Origin: Sphaerodactylus townsendi
Lineage: Eukaryota
Length of the DNA stretch: 64,000 nt
Assembly (NCBI RefSeq): GCF_021028975.2
Contig: NC_059439.1
Location: 23,808,001 to 23,872,000, forward strand
Direction: 5' to 3'
The notes under the pieces were generated by a model. That model was not told the origin of the DNA. It made no database searches and saw only the letters and a program-made list of their open reading frames with translations. The translations under genes and the position numbers were made by a program. Shown here one piece after another: positions 37,784-49,930 of the stretch (within the stretch, counting starts at the first letter, position 1; every line of letters starts with the position of its first letter).

Positions 37784-38767
37784 TCATTTCAGAAACGGGA
37801 GCGGGGAATGCCAAGCAGTCAGATGGGTTGACAAGACTCGAAACCTCCTTCCCAAAGCCTCTTTCACTTCCACATTTCGTAGGCTGTATATGAGGGGATT
37901 GACCATCGGGGTCAACACCGTGTAGAAGAGAGAGAAGACTTTCTTTGCTTCCCTTAGATTGTTGGCTCTTGGAAGCAGGTAGACAAGCATCAGCGTTCCA
38001 TAATACAAGCCAACCACTGTGAGGTGAGAGGAACAGGTGGAGAAAGCCTTTTGCCTTCCTGTGGTGGATGAAATTCTGAGGATAGAGACGATGATGGAAA
38101 TGTAAGATGACAAAGTCAGGAGAAAGGGCGGCAGGGTGAATATACAAGTGAACAGAAATGCTGACAGTTCAAATGAAGCAGTGTCACTGCATGAGAGATA
38201 CCGTATGTCAGGAATAACGTCGCAAAAATAGTGATCAATTTCATTTGGACCACAGAAGGATAACCTTGATATATTCAAAGATAAGCTTGTGCTGACCAAA
38301 ATTCCACTGGCCCAAGACACAACTGCGAGCTGGAAGCTCAACCTCCCATTCATAAGAGTAGCATAATGGAGTGGTTTACATATGGCTAAATATCGATCAT
38401 AAGCCATCATGGAGAGGAGGTAGCATTCAGTACCTCCCAGACAAGCAAAGATGAAAAACTGTACGAAGCAAGAGTTGAAAGAAATTGTTTTTTCACCAGT
38501 CAGTAGGTTGGATAACATCTTTGGCAGGACTGTGGAGCTACAGAAGGATTCTAGGAAGGACAGATTTCCCAGGAAAAAGTACATGGGAGTGTGAAGGTGT
38601 CTATCAGCCACAACTAACACAACAATGAGAAGATTTCCAGCCATGGTTGCCAAGTAGATAATTAAGAATAGCAGGAAGACAGGAATCCGTAGCTTTGGAA
38701 GATCTCCAAATCCCAGGAGGATGAACTCAGAAACAGTTGTCTGGTTTGGCCATAAATCCTCTGCCAT
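37784..38767 (-). CDS. Olfactory receptor, intact, ~327 aa (family 11/6-like)
   Basis: Likely start MAEDLWPNQT after acceptor-like tttttctag; [44 protein letters not shown]. Confidence 0.94.
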   Translation of the reverse strand: MAEDLWPNQTTVSEFILLGFGDLPKLRIPVFLLFLIIYLATMAGNLLIVVLVVADRHLHTPMYFFLGNLSFLESFCSSTVLPKMLSNLLTGEKTISFNSCFVQFFIFACLGGTECYLLSMMAYDRYLAICKPLHYATLMNGRLSFQLAVVSWASGILVSTSLSLNISRLSFCGPNEIDHYFCDVIPDIRYLSCSDTASFELSAFLFTCIFTLPPFLLTLSSYISIIVSILRISSTTGRQKAFSTCSSHLTVVGLYYGTLMLVYLLPRANNLREAKKVFSLFYTVLTPMVNPLIYSLRNVEVKEALGRRFRVLSTHLTAWHSPLPFLK

Positions 38768-40295
38768 GTGTCCATCTAGAAAAAGTAAAGTAGAGCTTGT
38801 AACCATTGGGGTAAAATGGAGGTGTGTAATGGGCAGCAATTTGAGATAAGTAATGTCTGGTGTTGTGAGAATGAAGAGAACATCCTGGCCCAAAGTGGAT
38901 TTCTACCAGCAAAAAGTATTTCAAATTATTTTCAGTTGCAAAGAATCATGACGTCCAAGAGAATTCAGCAGTCCTGAATCTGTCATTGGATCTTTTACAT
39001 AGCTTGCTTGCTGATCTCAGTGACTTCCCAGAGATACTGGGTGGAATCCTGTCAGGGGTCTTTTTCCCCCACTATCTTGCCCAATTTTCTTAATCACCAC
39101 TGCCCTTAACCCAGGTGTGCGATCCAAAAATTTTAGTAACAGGTTCCCTCGCCAGCCCCACCTCAGCAAAGGGGGCAAGAGATGTATCCAGGCAAACCTG
39201 ACCCCTGGGCAAAACCTGAGTTGGATGCCCCCCCATGGGCAGCCCCCCCACCATGACCCCCAATTTTTTTTGCAGCAGGTCATTTCTAAATCATCATCAC
39301 ATTATAGAAAATGCCCCAACTCACAAATCTGAACACAGCAATGGTGAAACACACAGGTTCTTTGATAAAGACTGGTGAGATAAAAGGTACGAAAGGCTGA
39401 GAATCAATGAATTGCAGTACCTGGAAGGGATTAGCCCAGTTCAGGGAGTTACATTATTAGTTGCAATTGCTATATGGAACCTTCACGTTCAAAGGCAGTA
39501 CGCCTCTCGGGGAGGTGATGGCGAAAGCGGACCCAATTAGTAACCCCCTCTCGGCACACAGAAATAATTAGTAACCCACTCTCGGGAACTGGTGAGAACC
39601 TGCTGGATCCCACCTCTGCCTTAACCCACTTGGCCGATCCCAGAATCTTCAACGTAGGCTTTTGTGGTGATTTTTTTCTGCAATAGAAAAGCTGGCTGGA
39701 TCTCCCTCCCCATCCCTGCAATTGCATGCCCACCCATCTCCCAACTTGATTTCTTTTTTACCTTTTTATGGATGGATGATTGAACAACAGATTCCTTTCC
39801 CAACTTCTGCTATTGTTTGATGGAAAATTCTTAAACTGACCCTATATTTTCCAAAGAGGTCTGGTGTGTGCACAGCAAAGTCTATTGTTGAATAATGTTT
39901 AGTTTTCCGCTGGATATTTATGTTTTGCACCAAGCAAGAAAATCTCCCTTGACATTTCTTGTAATTAATGTTGTAATATGTGAAGAAGAGAGAGTCACAT
40001 AGCACGACTGTGCTTCTTGAAAGGGGATTTAAATCAACATCCACACAATTCCCATGGGCTAGCAGTGTTCATTTTTTGTAACAAAAAAATAAGCAGGAAC
40101 CATGCCCTACTTTAAAGGCAATTTTTTTTAATTCTAGCCCAGGGGTTGGCAACATGTGGCTCTCCAGATGTTCATGGACTACAAATCCCATCAGCCCCTG
40201 CCAGCATGGCCAATTGGCTGACCCCTGGGCTGACCCCTGCTCTTGCCAAACCCTGGGAACTAAAACTCACTTCCTCAAAAGCTTACATTAGAATT

Positions 40296-40660
40296 AAAGT
40301 AAAGATAGTCCCCTGGATAAGCACCAGGTCATTACTGACCCATGGGATGACATCAGATCAGATATTTTATAAGGCAGACTTTTATAGAGTGGTTTGCCAT
40401 TGCCTTCCCCAGTCATCTACTACACGTTACCTCCAACAAGTTGAGTACTCATTGCACTGACCCTGGAAGGATGGAAGACTGAGTTAACCTTGAGCCGGCT
40501 ACCCAAAATCAACTTCCATTGGGATTGAACTCAGGTTGTGAGCAGAGCTTGGACTGCGAGTAGCAGAGAGCTGGACTAGATGGACTCTGGTCTGATCCAG
40601 CTGGCTTGTTCTTATGTTCTTATGACTACAGTACTGTAGGTGACCTCTATACCATGCAGC
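40296..40660 (+). mobile_element. Sauria SINE with a small CR1 3'-tip insertion (~40556-40624)
   Basis: AAAGATAGTCCCCTG...GTGGTTTGCCATTGCCTTCCCCAGTC...GGAAGGATGGAAG.CTGAGT.AACCTTGAGCC matches my recollection of the Sauria SINE consensus. Confidence 0.75.
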
Positions 40661-41394
40661 TCTTCAGATTAGAATAAAATTGTGTTATTCTTTAAGCTGT
40701 TACAAAACTATTTTAATTTAGGCCAAACTATGTATGTGTGCCCAGAAATATTAAATCACTTCAGTGAAGCTACTCTGTACTAGGCAGTGGTTGCAAGTGT
40801 GAAGTCCTGGAACAGTTTAATGTCATATTTAAGGCTGGAGAATGAAATGAGAGAATTCCTACAATCTATACCTTCAGTCCATGGTCAGGTTTTCCCTGAA
40901 TTCCATTCTTCTTGAATTACCATTTCACAATAAGAATGTCTAAAATTAATTCCAGAAATGGAATCGACACAGTTTCCAGTTTTTTTTACTTTTTTGCTTC
41001 TGTGTAACGCACACTTCTTCATGAATAAAAAAGTCCAAAGATAATAAATGAAGATGAAAATTAAGAATATGGTGCAAATTCTTAATCAATGTCTGATGTC
41101 AATAAAAGATGTGGGCAAAAGCCCTGAATTCTTACAATTTCCAACTTTTGGTTGGAAAAACAACTGATCTGTGTTTAGATTTACCACCTGTGTGGTATAT
41201 GGTTGCTATCATTCCCCCAGACTGTTCAATGATGAGACTTTGTATTCAGATGATTTCTTTATTATGAAACAACATCAGAAAAAAGCATTTAGATTTCTGT
41301 TGCCAGAAGTAAAGGTTAATACACCAACGCACCCTCCATTTTACGCTTCGTCATCCCCCTCCTTGTCACACAGCGCCCCACCCTGAAACCCAGT

Positions 41395-41404
41395 TCCCAG
41401 GGGA
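41395..41404. promoter_or_regulatory. Candidate O/E (EBF) site TCCCAGGGGA in a conserved block upstream of the 38 kb OR
   Basis: Matches TCCCNNGGGA; also present at 63842, near-match at 20461. Confidence 0.4.
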
Positions 41405-43056
41405 GATTGGCAGACCTCCAGTCCCACAGTCAAGAGCCAGGGTGGCCTTCACTTAAATCAAAACAACCCATGTTCCTCCAGTGCTAAACAATGCAACAGC
41501 TAGCCGGTGTCTTACGACCTGATAAAGAATGAAACAAAACTACAGCAACAACAATTTGATAAATAACGGCACTAGATTCAACTAGGCCATAATTGCGACA
41601 GGGGGCAGGGCACATGGTGAGCTGCGAAGCAGTGAGCATACATGCTCTGGGCCAGCTGGGTGGCTAAGCCACACCCAGCCTGATCACATTGACGCACGAG
41701 CACAATGAGTGTGGAGCACGCTCCCTATATATTAGGCAGCATGCAGTTGCTCCAGCCTTCTTCGACACCTGGAGCAAACTGATCCACCCACCCTCCCTGT
41801 TTTAAAAGGGTTAGGTTGGCTGCTTGACTTGTCGCAGCCCTGGCGGTTTGGGTAGAGGAGAGCATCCTTATGGGGAGGCCGAGTTTGCGTGCTGGACCTC
41901 CCTGCTGTTGGGGCCCTCCATAAGAGACTTGGGATGGGGCAGGTTCATGGTGCATGCTGTGGAGGCCTCTGCAATTGAGCCTGACACCCCAGAAGGAAGG
42001 GGGCCCCAGTGGGCGGGTGCCCAGGTGGCCCAGTACCTTCGCTGTCCTCCCCAATATGGATTGGGGTTGTGCCAGGGTTCAGCCATGGGTGCTGACCAGC
42101 TGCTTGGATGTGCTCCTCTTGCTTGCCCAGCTTATGCCTCAGGAAAAAGGGCTGCGGCCCATTTTAATTCCAATACATGTCCTGTGGTTATTCACCAGAT
42201 GAAACCTCTGCACAACTGGGCGCAAAAAGGAGCAGAGAAAAGGATCCCACATCCTGGCTGAGAGACCTGGCAGGACCAAGCAAGAACTGGGCAGGACCAA
42301 GCAAGAACTGGGCAGGTTATTACACTTCCTCTTCTTTTGAAGTTACAGGTACATTGCCTGACAGTACACCTAGACCCAGAAGTGTTACTTGACCAGGAGC
42401 AAGTGTTCCACATTATTCTTGAGAATGGTTTAGAGTGTTTGGTAATGTTCAGAGTGATTGGTAATGTAATGTAACATAACATAGTAACATAACATAATTA
42501 ATTACATTGCAATATATCTGACGTATGGCTGTATGAACATCTAGAAACCTAGATTGTCTGGAGTCAGTCTACATGGAGCTCACCATGAAAAGCATGTGCT
42601 AAGATAATTAATGTGACATGGTAATTACCATATGAAAATACAACAGCAAAGGTCCAAGTTCCAATTCATACTTTAGCTAATGGAAACTCCATTGGATTAC
42701 CTTGGCCACCCCTCTTGTCTATTTCTAGGAGTAGCCTTTATTCCTAGGATAAATAAAAGAGACAAAAAAATGGAGAATGGGAGAACTGCATACATGTTAT
42801 CCTCTCAGCAGTTTGGTAAAAGGTTGGGATGATAAAAAAAGAACTAGTTATTTAGTTATATTCTTTGATTTTTTTAATTAATCACTAGGAATCAATGTGC
42901 TTAATTCCCTAATTCTAGAATATCAACCAAAAAAACCAACAACCCTGGATCATTTGCATCTTATTTATAAATCTTTTGGCCTGAAGTATGAGCAAAAGGT
43001 GTTCAGAATGTTCACCTTCACATAATTTTCATTCCAGAATAATATGTGCTATCGCA

Positions 43057-44034
43057 TTAGGTAACCCTGACATGTACTAATTTGACTCTTTGAATGCTCA
43101 TGAAAGACAGAGAGTTCCTGAAAACTTTCCTCATGGCTATCTTTACATCCTTGTTTCTCAGGCTGTATATGAGAGGGTTAAGCATTGGAGTCAGAACAGT
43201 GTAGGAAAGAGAAAATATTTTCTTGATATGTCTTAGGTTCTTCGATGTTGGTAGCAGATAGACAAGCATCAAAGTTCCATAATACAAAGCAACGACAGAA
43301 AGATGGGAGGAACAAGTGGAGAAGGCCTTTTGCCTTCCAGTGGTGGATGAAATTCTGAGGATAGCAACGACAATGAGACCGTAAGATGATATGGTGAAAA
43401 GAAAGGGAGGCAGAGTGAAAACACAAGCAGCTACCAAGGATGTGAGTTCAACTATATATGTGTCACTGCAAGAGATATAGCGTATGTCAGGAATAACATC
43501 GCAAAAATAGTGATCAATTTCATTTGGACCACAAAAGGATAACCTTGATATATTCACAGATGAGCTTGTGCTGACCAATATTCCACTGACCCAAGACACA
43601 ACTGCTAGCTGGAAGCTCAACCTCCCATTCATAAGAGTAGCATAATGGAGTGGTTTACATATGGCTAAATATCTGTCATAAGACATCATGGAGAGAAGAT
43701 AGCATTCAGTACCTCCAAGGCAAGAATAGATGGAAAATTGCATGAGACAGGCTTTGACAGGTATCCTTTTATCCCCAGTCAAGAGGTTTGACATCACCTT
43801 AGGCAGGATGGCAGAGCTGCAGCAGATTTCCAGGAAGGAGAGATTTCCCAGGAAAAAGTACATGGGGGTGCGAAGGTGTTTATCAGCCACCACTAGCACA
43901 ATGATGAGGAGGTTTCCAGCCATAGTTACCAAATAGATCACAAAGAACAGCAGGAAGAGAATCATCTGCAAATCTGGGAGGTCTCCAAGTCCCAGAAGTA
44001 TGAATTCAGAAATAGTTGTTTGATTCTGCCACAT
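43057..44034 (-). CDS. Olfactory receptor, intact, ~325 aa (family 11/6-like)
   Basis: First in-frame ATG gives MWQNQTT; [44 protein letters not shown]. Confidence 0.93.
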   Translation of the reverse strand: MWQNQTTISEFILLGLGDLPDLQMILFLLFFVIYLVTMAGNLLIIVLVVADKHLRTPMYFFLGNLSFLEICCSSAILPKVMSNLLTGDKRIPVKACLMQFSIYSCLGGTECYLLSMMSYDRYLAICKPLHYATLMNGRLSFQLAVVSWVSGILVSTSSSVNISRLSFCGPNEIDHYFCDVIPDIRYISCSDTYIVELTSLVAACVFTLPPFLFTISSYGLIVVAILRISSTTGRQKAFSTCSSHLSVVALYYGTLMLVYLLPTSKNLRHIKKIFSLSYTVLTPMLNPLIYSLRNKDVKIAMRKVFRNSLSFMSIQRVKLVHVRVT

Positions 44035-45464
44035 TTTGTTTCCGATAGACAGCAACTATAGAAAGTCAAAGCACAACAACACCATAATTCATGGGGGTCA
44101 GACTTTGAAATAAAGCACAAAAATCCCATGTGAATGATTTATTTTTTTAAAAAAATTCATGCACACTGAGCCACTGTTATAAATGACATGATAAATGGGG
44201 CATGTAACAGTGGTTAGAGCAAATCCTAGTTACGAAAGACAGCAAAATGGAGACAGTCCAACAAATTGAGGCTTGGTGTGTGAAACCAAGCCTGGATTAG
44301 AGCCTGGGATTTATTAGTTTTGAGATTTGCTAATCACATTTTGTACCCAATCATGTCAGATGGAAGTGAGACCTCCAAAGAAAGTTCTCTGCAGATGAAG
44401 CCAATAGCAAGCCACCACTGCTCTCACTTGCCTTGGAAGGTCCTTGCTGGAGTTGTCAATAACTCAGCTGAAACTTGACATAATTTACATACACACGTCA
44501 GAAACTTTGAATTCATTAACTAGTTCTGAAGCACTGGTTGGCTTCCATGTGACTTTCTTACCTTGGTCCATTGATCAATGCTGTGAAGTCCTTCATTCCT
44601 TGGAATAACTGAGCTTTCAGAAATGCTTATTCTGAGCATGCTTTGCCATACTTATAGTTAGTGTATGGTATGAACACATGCAAAATTACTATAGTAAGAG
44701 ATGTTTCATCAATTAATCATTGTATCATTTCTTAGAATGATAAGTGTGGCATTCCAGGATGCATCTATGTATCTGGAACTGAGGAAACATTAATGGAAAA
44801 GGCTTTCTACTGTACTCTGCTTTTGAGTTGAGTCCCATGCATACTTCAGAAACAAAGTGCAATAGTCACCACCTTATGCAACAGCTTGGTGGTAACACAA
44901 GAAGATGAAACTATCAGAGATCAGTATATGAAGTTCCTACTAAAATCCATATCATCCCATGAGTATCTTGAGAGACAAAGTGGGTACTTCCCTTCCCTCC
45001 GACGGATAGGATACTGTGGATTATTGATGCTGATGCAGCAATGTATGTTGACCATCCCTGGAAGCAAAGTTAAGGCATAATGCAATTAATTAGGAGGATG
45101 TATGGTATAGTCTGCTCTTGTTAGATCTTGGAAGAGTCAATACGTAGAAGGGAGACCACCAAGGAAGGCTCTGCAGAAGAAGGCAGTGACAAACTATTTC
45201 TTCTTCCCACTTGCCGTGAAAACCCCTTGCTGGGATCATCACAAGTCAGCTGTGATTTGAAAGTACTTTACACATAGTGTCATCAATCACTTCTCTTCCT
45301 TTGTCTGTTTTCATTTCTTTCTTCTGTACCATTTGGTTCTACTCTAAGGAGAACTTCCTTACCATTCTCTGCTTCTTCTGAGAAGTTCTATTTTCTAAGG
45401 CTTATGTCAGTCCATAATAACATGCCTGTCTCTGTAGGTTTCCACCCTTATGAAGTAGAAAATG

Positions 45465-45488
45465 TCCCTTGGGATTCCTGGTAATGGA
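45465..45488. promoter_or_regulatory. Candidate O/E site TCCCTTGGGA with adjacent TAATGG homeodomain-like site, ~1.4 kb upstream of an OR
   Basis: The same pair occurs at 23869 (TCCCCTGGGA) and 52199 (TCCCCTGAGA); O/E plus homeodomain sites are the canonical OR promoter elements. Confidence 0.5.
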
Positions 45489-45899
45489 TGTTCTAACTGG
45501 TAAACAAAGAAGAAGCATTTCAGGAATTTAACTTTTCATAAGGGAGTGAGGCCTTAGTCCCTCAACAAATATCTCAATGCTCAGCCATCAAGGAAATCAT
45601 GAACAGATATGTGAAAATCTGTTCTTGTTCTTTATCTGGTTTCTCTATATTTTTCACTTTGTTTTATCAACTTATTATTAATGCAATTCTTTATCTCTTT
45701 TTTTTTATTCATATCACCTATATATAGAAGACATATGCCTGGCAATCTTGAGAGAGAGAGAGAAAGAGATTGAAACCTATACTTTGTGATCATTCCATAT
45801 GCTAGTTTAAATTTGTAATCATGGAGCAAACCATTTTCAGTAATTGTTCTGAAAATGTGGAATGCAAGGAAAAAAACCCACTTAATAGCATTTCTCTGA

Positions 45900-46274
45900 G
45901 GCTCATTCAGCACACGCAAAATAATGCACTTTCAAGCTGCTTTCACAACTGTTTTTGCCATTCCGCACAGCTTCGAAGAGCCCTGAAAGCAGCTTGAAAG
46001 TGCATTATTCTGCGTGTGCGGAATGAGCCTGAAATATTTAGAGCAAAATAAAAATGCATTTCTGTTTATCTGGTATAGGTGCTTGATGCTAGTCACCATT
46101 TCTTTCTATTTGCTTTTGTAATATAAAAACCTAGGCTCATTCCACACATGCAGAATAATGCACTTTCAAACTGCTTTCAGTGCTCTTTGAAGCTGTGCGG
46201 AATAGCAAAATCCACTTGCAAACAGTTGTGAAAGTTGTTTGAAAATGCATTATTTTGCGTGTGCGGAAGGGGCC
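45900..46274. mobile_element. Two family A MITEs (~45900-46029 and ~46134-46274)
   Basis: Palindromic GGCTCATTC...GAATGAGCC and GGCTCATTC...GAAGGGGCC; TGA TSD on the first. Confidence 0.65.
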
Positions 46275-46459
46275 TTGGAGACTAATAACTTTGTGGTTTC
46301 CTTGAAATTACTAGTCTTCACAAGATGTAAGATTTTTTAAAGACAGAATTTTTTTTCAGCTGATGGAAAGCATGGAGTGAGCAGTATCTTACTATCCATG
46401 TTCAAAAGGCACACGGAGTTTCTAGCATTTCTCACTGTTGTTGTTGATGTTGTTATTAA

Positions 46460-46645
46460 ATTTTATTTAATATCACAGCTGTCAATTTTTCAGCTGGTTG
46501 TTTTTGCCCTTTCATTACAACTCGAGCCTCACCCAGAGGCCTAGAACATTGTAATGTATTGGGATAGCATTCATGCGGATCCCAGCAGGACTTCCTTCTG
46601 AATTAGACAAACGTTGAGTTTGTCCATTTGAAGATGTTTTAAGGA
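46460..46645 (-). mobile_element. Old R4/Dong-like 3' remnant
   Basis: Similar to 36450-36560 and to 53240-53360. Confidence 0.5.
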
Positions 46646-46908
46646 ATGCTATGGCACTTAAAACATCATCAAATCAACAAAAACAACTTCTGTCAGATTC
46701 AGAAGGCAATGTCGCTGTACTTGTTTCCATCCCCTGGCTAACTTCTGGGGTCACAGCAAGTCAGCCATGAAGTTTGGTGGGATGGAATGAGGAGTGAGCA
46801 GGGATGGAAATTGTTCCCTCATCTAAGCAGAACTGCACTTGCAGAGGGTGAAAGAGGAGTTATGTCAACCCCCTTACCTTATTCACTCCAGTTCCCTTGA
46901 CCCACAAG

Positions 46909-47300
46909 CAGAGGTGGGATCCAGCAGGTTCTCACAGGTTCCCGAGAGTAGGTTACTAATTATTTGTGTGTGCCGAGAGGGGGTTACTAATTGGTGATTT
47001 TGCCACGTGATTTTTGCCTCAGTTATGCCCCTCCTCTCAGCAGTAACACGCAGAACTTGAAGCAGTCTAGCAGGAGGTGCACCAGCGTGCGTGGCAGCCT
47101 ACGCCTCTGTGCATTCGTTTCCCGCCCAAGGACCGGCGCAGCGGCTGCGTCCTTGCCACAGCCCCGCCCAGGAATGCCCCACCCCTGGAATGCCCGCCCC
47201 TGCCCCCGTCGTGCCCAATCCAGCCCCATCGGTGCTACGCCACAGTTTGAATCCCACCACCATGGGGACCTGTTACTAAGAATTTTGGATCCCACCACTG
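46909..47300. mobile_element. hAT-type MITE
   Basis: TIRs CAGAGGTGGGATCC / GGATCCCACCACTG; imperfect 8-bp TSD CCCACAAG / CCCACTAT; related end at ~39530-39620. Confidence 0.7.
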
Positions 47301-48501
47301 CCCACTATGCAGTTCCTACATGTGGGGCAAGAGTGTATCTAGGGTCTAGAGGGTGAATGCCCTGGTCACTCCATGAGGGGGACAACAGGAAGCCCAGGGC
47401 ACCCTCTTCCCCAAGACAGATCCATCTGAGGAAATATGGCTTGCCTGCCTTACTTCTGCCTCCTCCATGCTTCTTTCCAACTCCATCAAACTGCACCACC
47501 ATCTCCAAACTCCACGTGGAGTTCAGAGGCTGAGAGTGCCCTGGTTCAGTATTCAACTGAGTGCCAAACATATGGAGTTGAGTGGAAGAGTATGCAGTTA
47601 AAGCCTAGGTTTGGCTGGGGCAAGCTTTAAATTGCAGGGTTTGGAGGTAGAGCCTACAGTTTATTCACATCCTTAATTATTGTGTACATGAAGGATGAGG
47701 TACTGCTTATAGTCAGTCATAGTACTTACAGTCACCTTTATTGGCATAGTTATTACTTATATGTTTGTGCTTAAAATGGCTAAGAGGCATTATGATTCAA
47801 AGATCTCCTGCGTGGGTAATGTTTACAAATGGGAGCACAAAGAAAGACAGGCAATGTGGCCACTTGGAAATATGGAGTTGGATTCTAACTAAATTTCCCA
47901 GTAGTAGAATGGAAATTTTCTGCTCCCCCCCCCCACACACACACACTGACAGCAGCCCACTGACCTATATGAAATGCTGCTCTGGGGCATAAAAGACCCC
48001 GAGGAATGATTTGTGGAAGGAGGTCTCAGCAGGAAAGAGGGGATCATTGGAAAGTACAATTTAAAATAGATTTGACCCATAAGTTAAGACAGAGGCAAGC
48101 ATGGGGGGCGGGGGTTTGACATGTCACATCTGCCTTGGTGCATCTCTTTGAACAAAGTGATACTTTGGTCATTCTCATCTCCATTTCCAAGGCAACAATA
48201 CAAAGTTTAGGCAGCGATAAAAACAAACTCCCTACCTTTCCATTGACTGATGTGACATTTTTATTCTGAAAAAGGGCAGTGGTAAATATCACATCCTATA
48301 GTTCATAAAGGGAGGGAAGGCAGCAAGGTATAGCCCAGTCTCATTAGATTTTGGAAGCTAAGCAGTTTCAGTACTTGGAAGGGAGATCAGCAAAGGAGAC
48401 TCTGAAGAGGAAGAGAGTGACAAACTACCTCAGCTTCTCATTTGCCTTGAAAGATTCTTGCTGGGGTTTGCCAAAACTCAGTAGCAATTTGACAGCTCTT
48501 T

Positions 48502-49454
48502 TCACACATACACGTAGTTCATAAATCTCTTCCAGCAGTTTCTCCTGGCCTCTTTCACTTCCTTATTTTTTAGGCTGTATATCAGCGGATTGACCAATGG
48601 AGTCAAGACTGTGTAAAAGAGAGAGAGGACTTTCTTCAAGTTTCTAAGATTCCTGAATCTGGGTACCATATAAACAAGCATCAGTGTTCCATAATACAAA
48701 GCAACCACTGTGAGGTGGGAGGAACAGGTGGAGAAAGCCTTTCTCCTCCCAGTGGTAGATGGGATTCTAAGGACAGACGTTAGGATAAAAATGTAAGATG
48801 ACAAGATGAGGAGAAAGGGAGGCAAGGTGAATACACTGGCAGATATGAAGGATGAGAGTTCAAATAAATGGGTGTCACTGCATGAGACGTATCTAATGTC
48901 AGAACTGATATCACAAAAGTAATTGTCTATTTCATTAGGGCCACAGAAGGATAACTGGGAGATTTTCAAAGTTAGACTTGTGCTGATTAAAATCCCACTG
49001 ACCCAAGACACCGCTGAGAGCAACACAGCCTTCCATTCATAAGAGTAGCATAATGGAGTGGTTTACATATTGCCAAATACCTGTCATAAGACATCATGGA
49101 GAGGAGGTAGCATTCAGTACCTCCCAGGCAAGTGAAAATGAAAAATTGTACAAAACAGCCTTTGAAAGATATGCTTCTTTCCCCCATCCAGAGGATGAGC
49201 AACAGTTTAGGCAGGATGGTAGTACTACTGCAGGTTTCCAAGAAGGACAGATTTCCCAAAAAGAAGTACATGGGGGTGTGAAGGTGTTGATCAGTCACAA
49301 CTAGCACAACAATGAGGAAGTTCCCAGCCATGGTTGCCAAGTAGATCACTAAGAATAGCAGGAAGAGAAGAATCTGCAGGTTAGGGGGACCTCCAAATAC
49401 CAACAGGATGAACTCTGACACTGTTTGGTTTTGCTGGGCTTTGCTTGCCATCAT
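48502..49454 (-). pseudogene. Olfactory receptor pseudogene with a single 4-nt deletion near 49015-49030
   Basis: Two overlapping ORFs (48987-49562 and 48502-49026) encode the N- and C-halves; 17 nt versus 21 nt in paralogues between the MNGR and VSW codons. Confidence 0.88.
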
Positions 49455-49551
49455 TTGCTCCTTGAAGAAACAAAGCATATCATGTAATGCTGGATAACGA
49501 AAAAGAATGATGTTATTTGACAGCATGTTGAAATCAGAGAAAACTCTCAAT

Positions 49552-49930
49552 GATAAGAACATAAGAACTAGCCTGCTGGATCAGACCAGAGTCCATCTAG
49601 TCCAGCACTCTGCTACTCGCAGTGGCCCACCAGGTACCTTTGGGAGCTCACGTGCAGGATGTGAAAGCAATGGGCTGCTGCTGCTGCTGCTCCTGAGCAC
49701 CTGGTCTGCTAAGGCATTTGCAATCTGAGATCAAGGAGGATCAAGATTGGTAGCCATAGATCGACTTCTCCTCCATAAATCTGTCCAAGCCCTTTTTAAA
49801 GCTATCCAGGTTAGTGGTCATCACCACCTCCTGTGGCAGCATATTCCAAACACCAATCACACGTTGCGTGAAGAAGTGTTTCCTTTTAATAGTCCTAACT
49901 CTTCCCCCCAGCATTTTCAATGAATGCCCA
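49552..49930 (-). mobile_element. CR1 LINE 3' end
   Basis: Near-identical to 10892-11280; FFTQRVIGVWNMLP; (ATAAGAAC)n tail. Confidence 0.9.
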
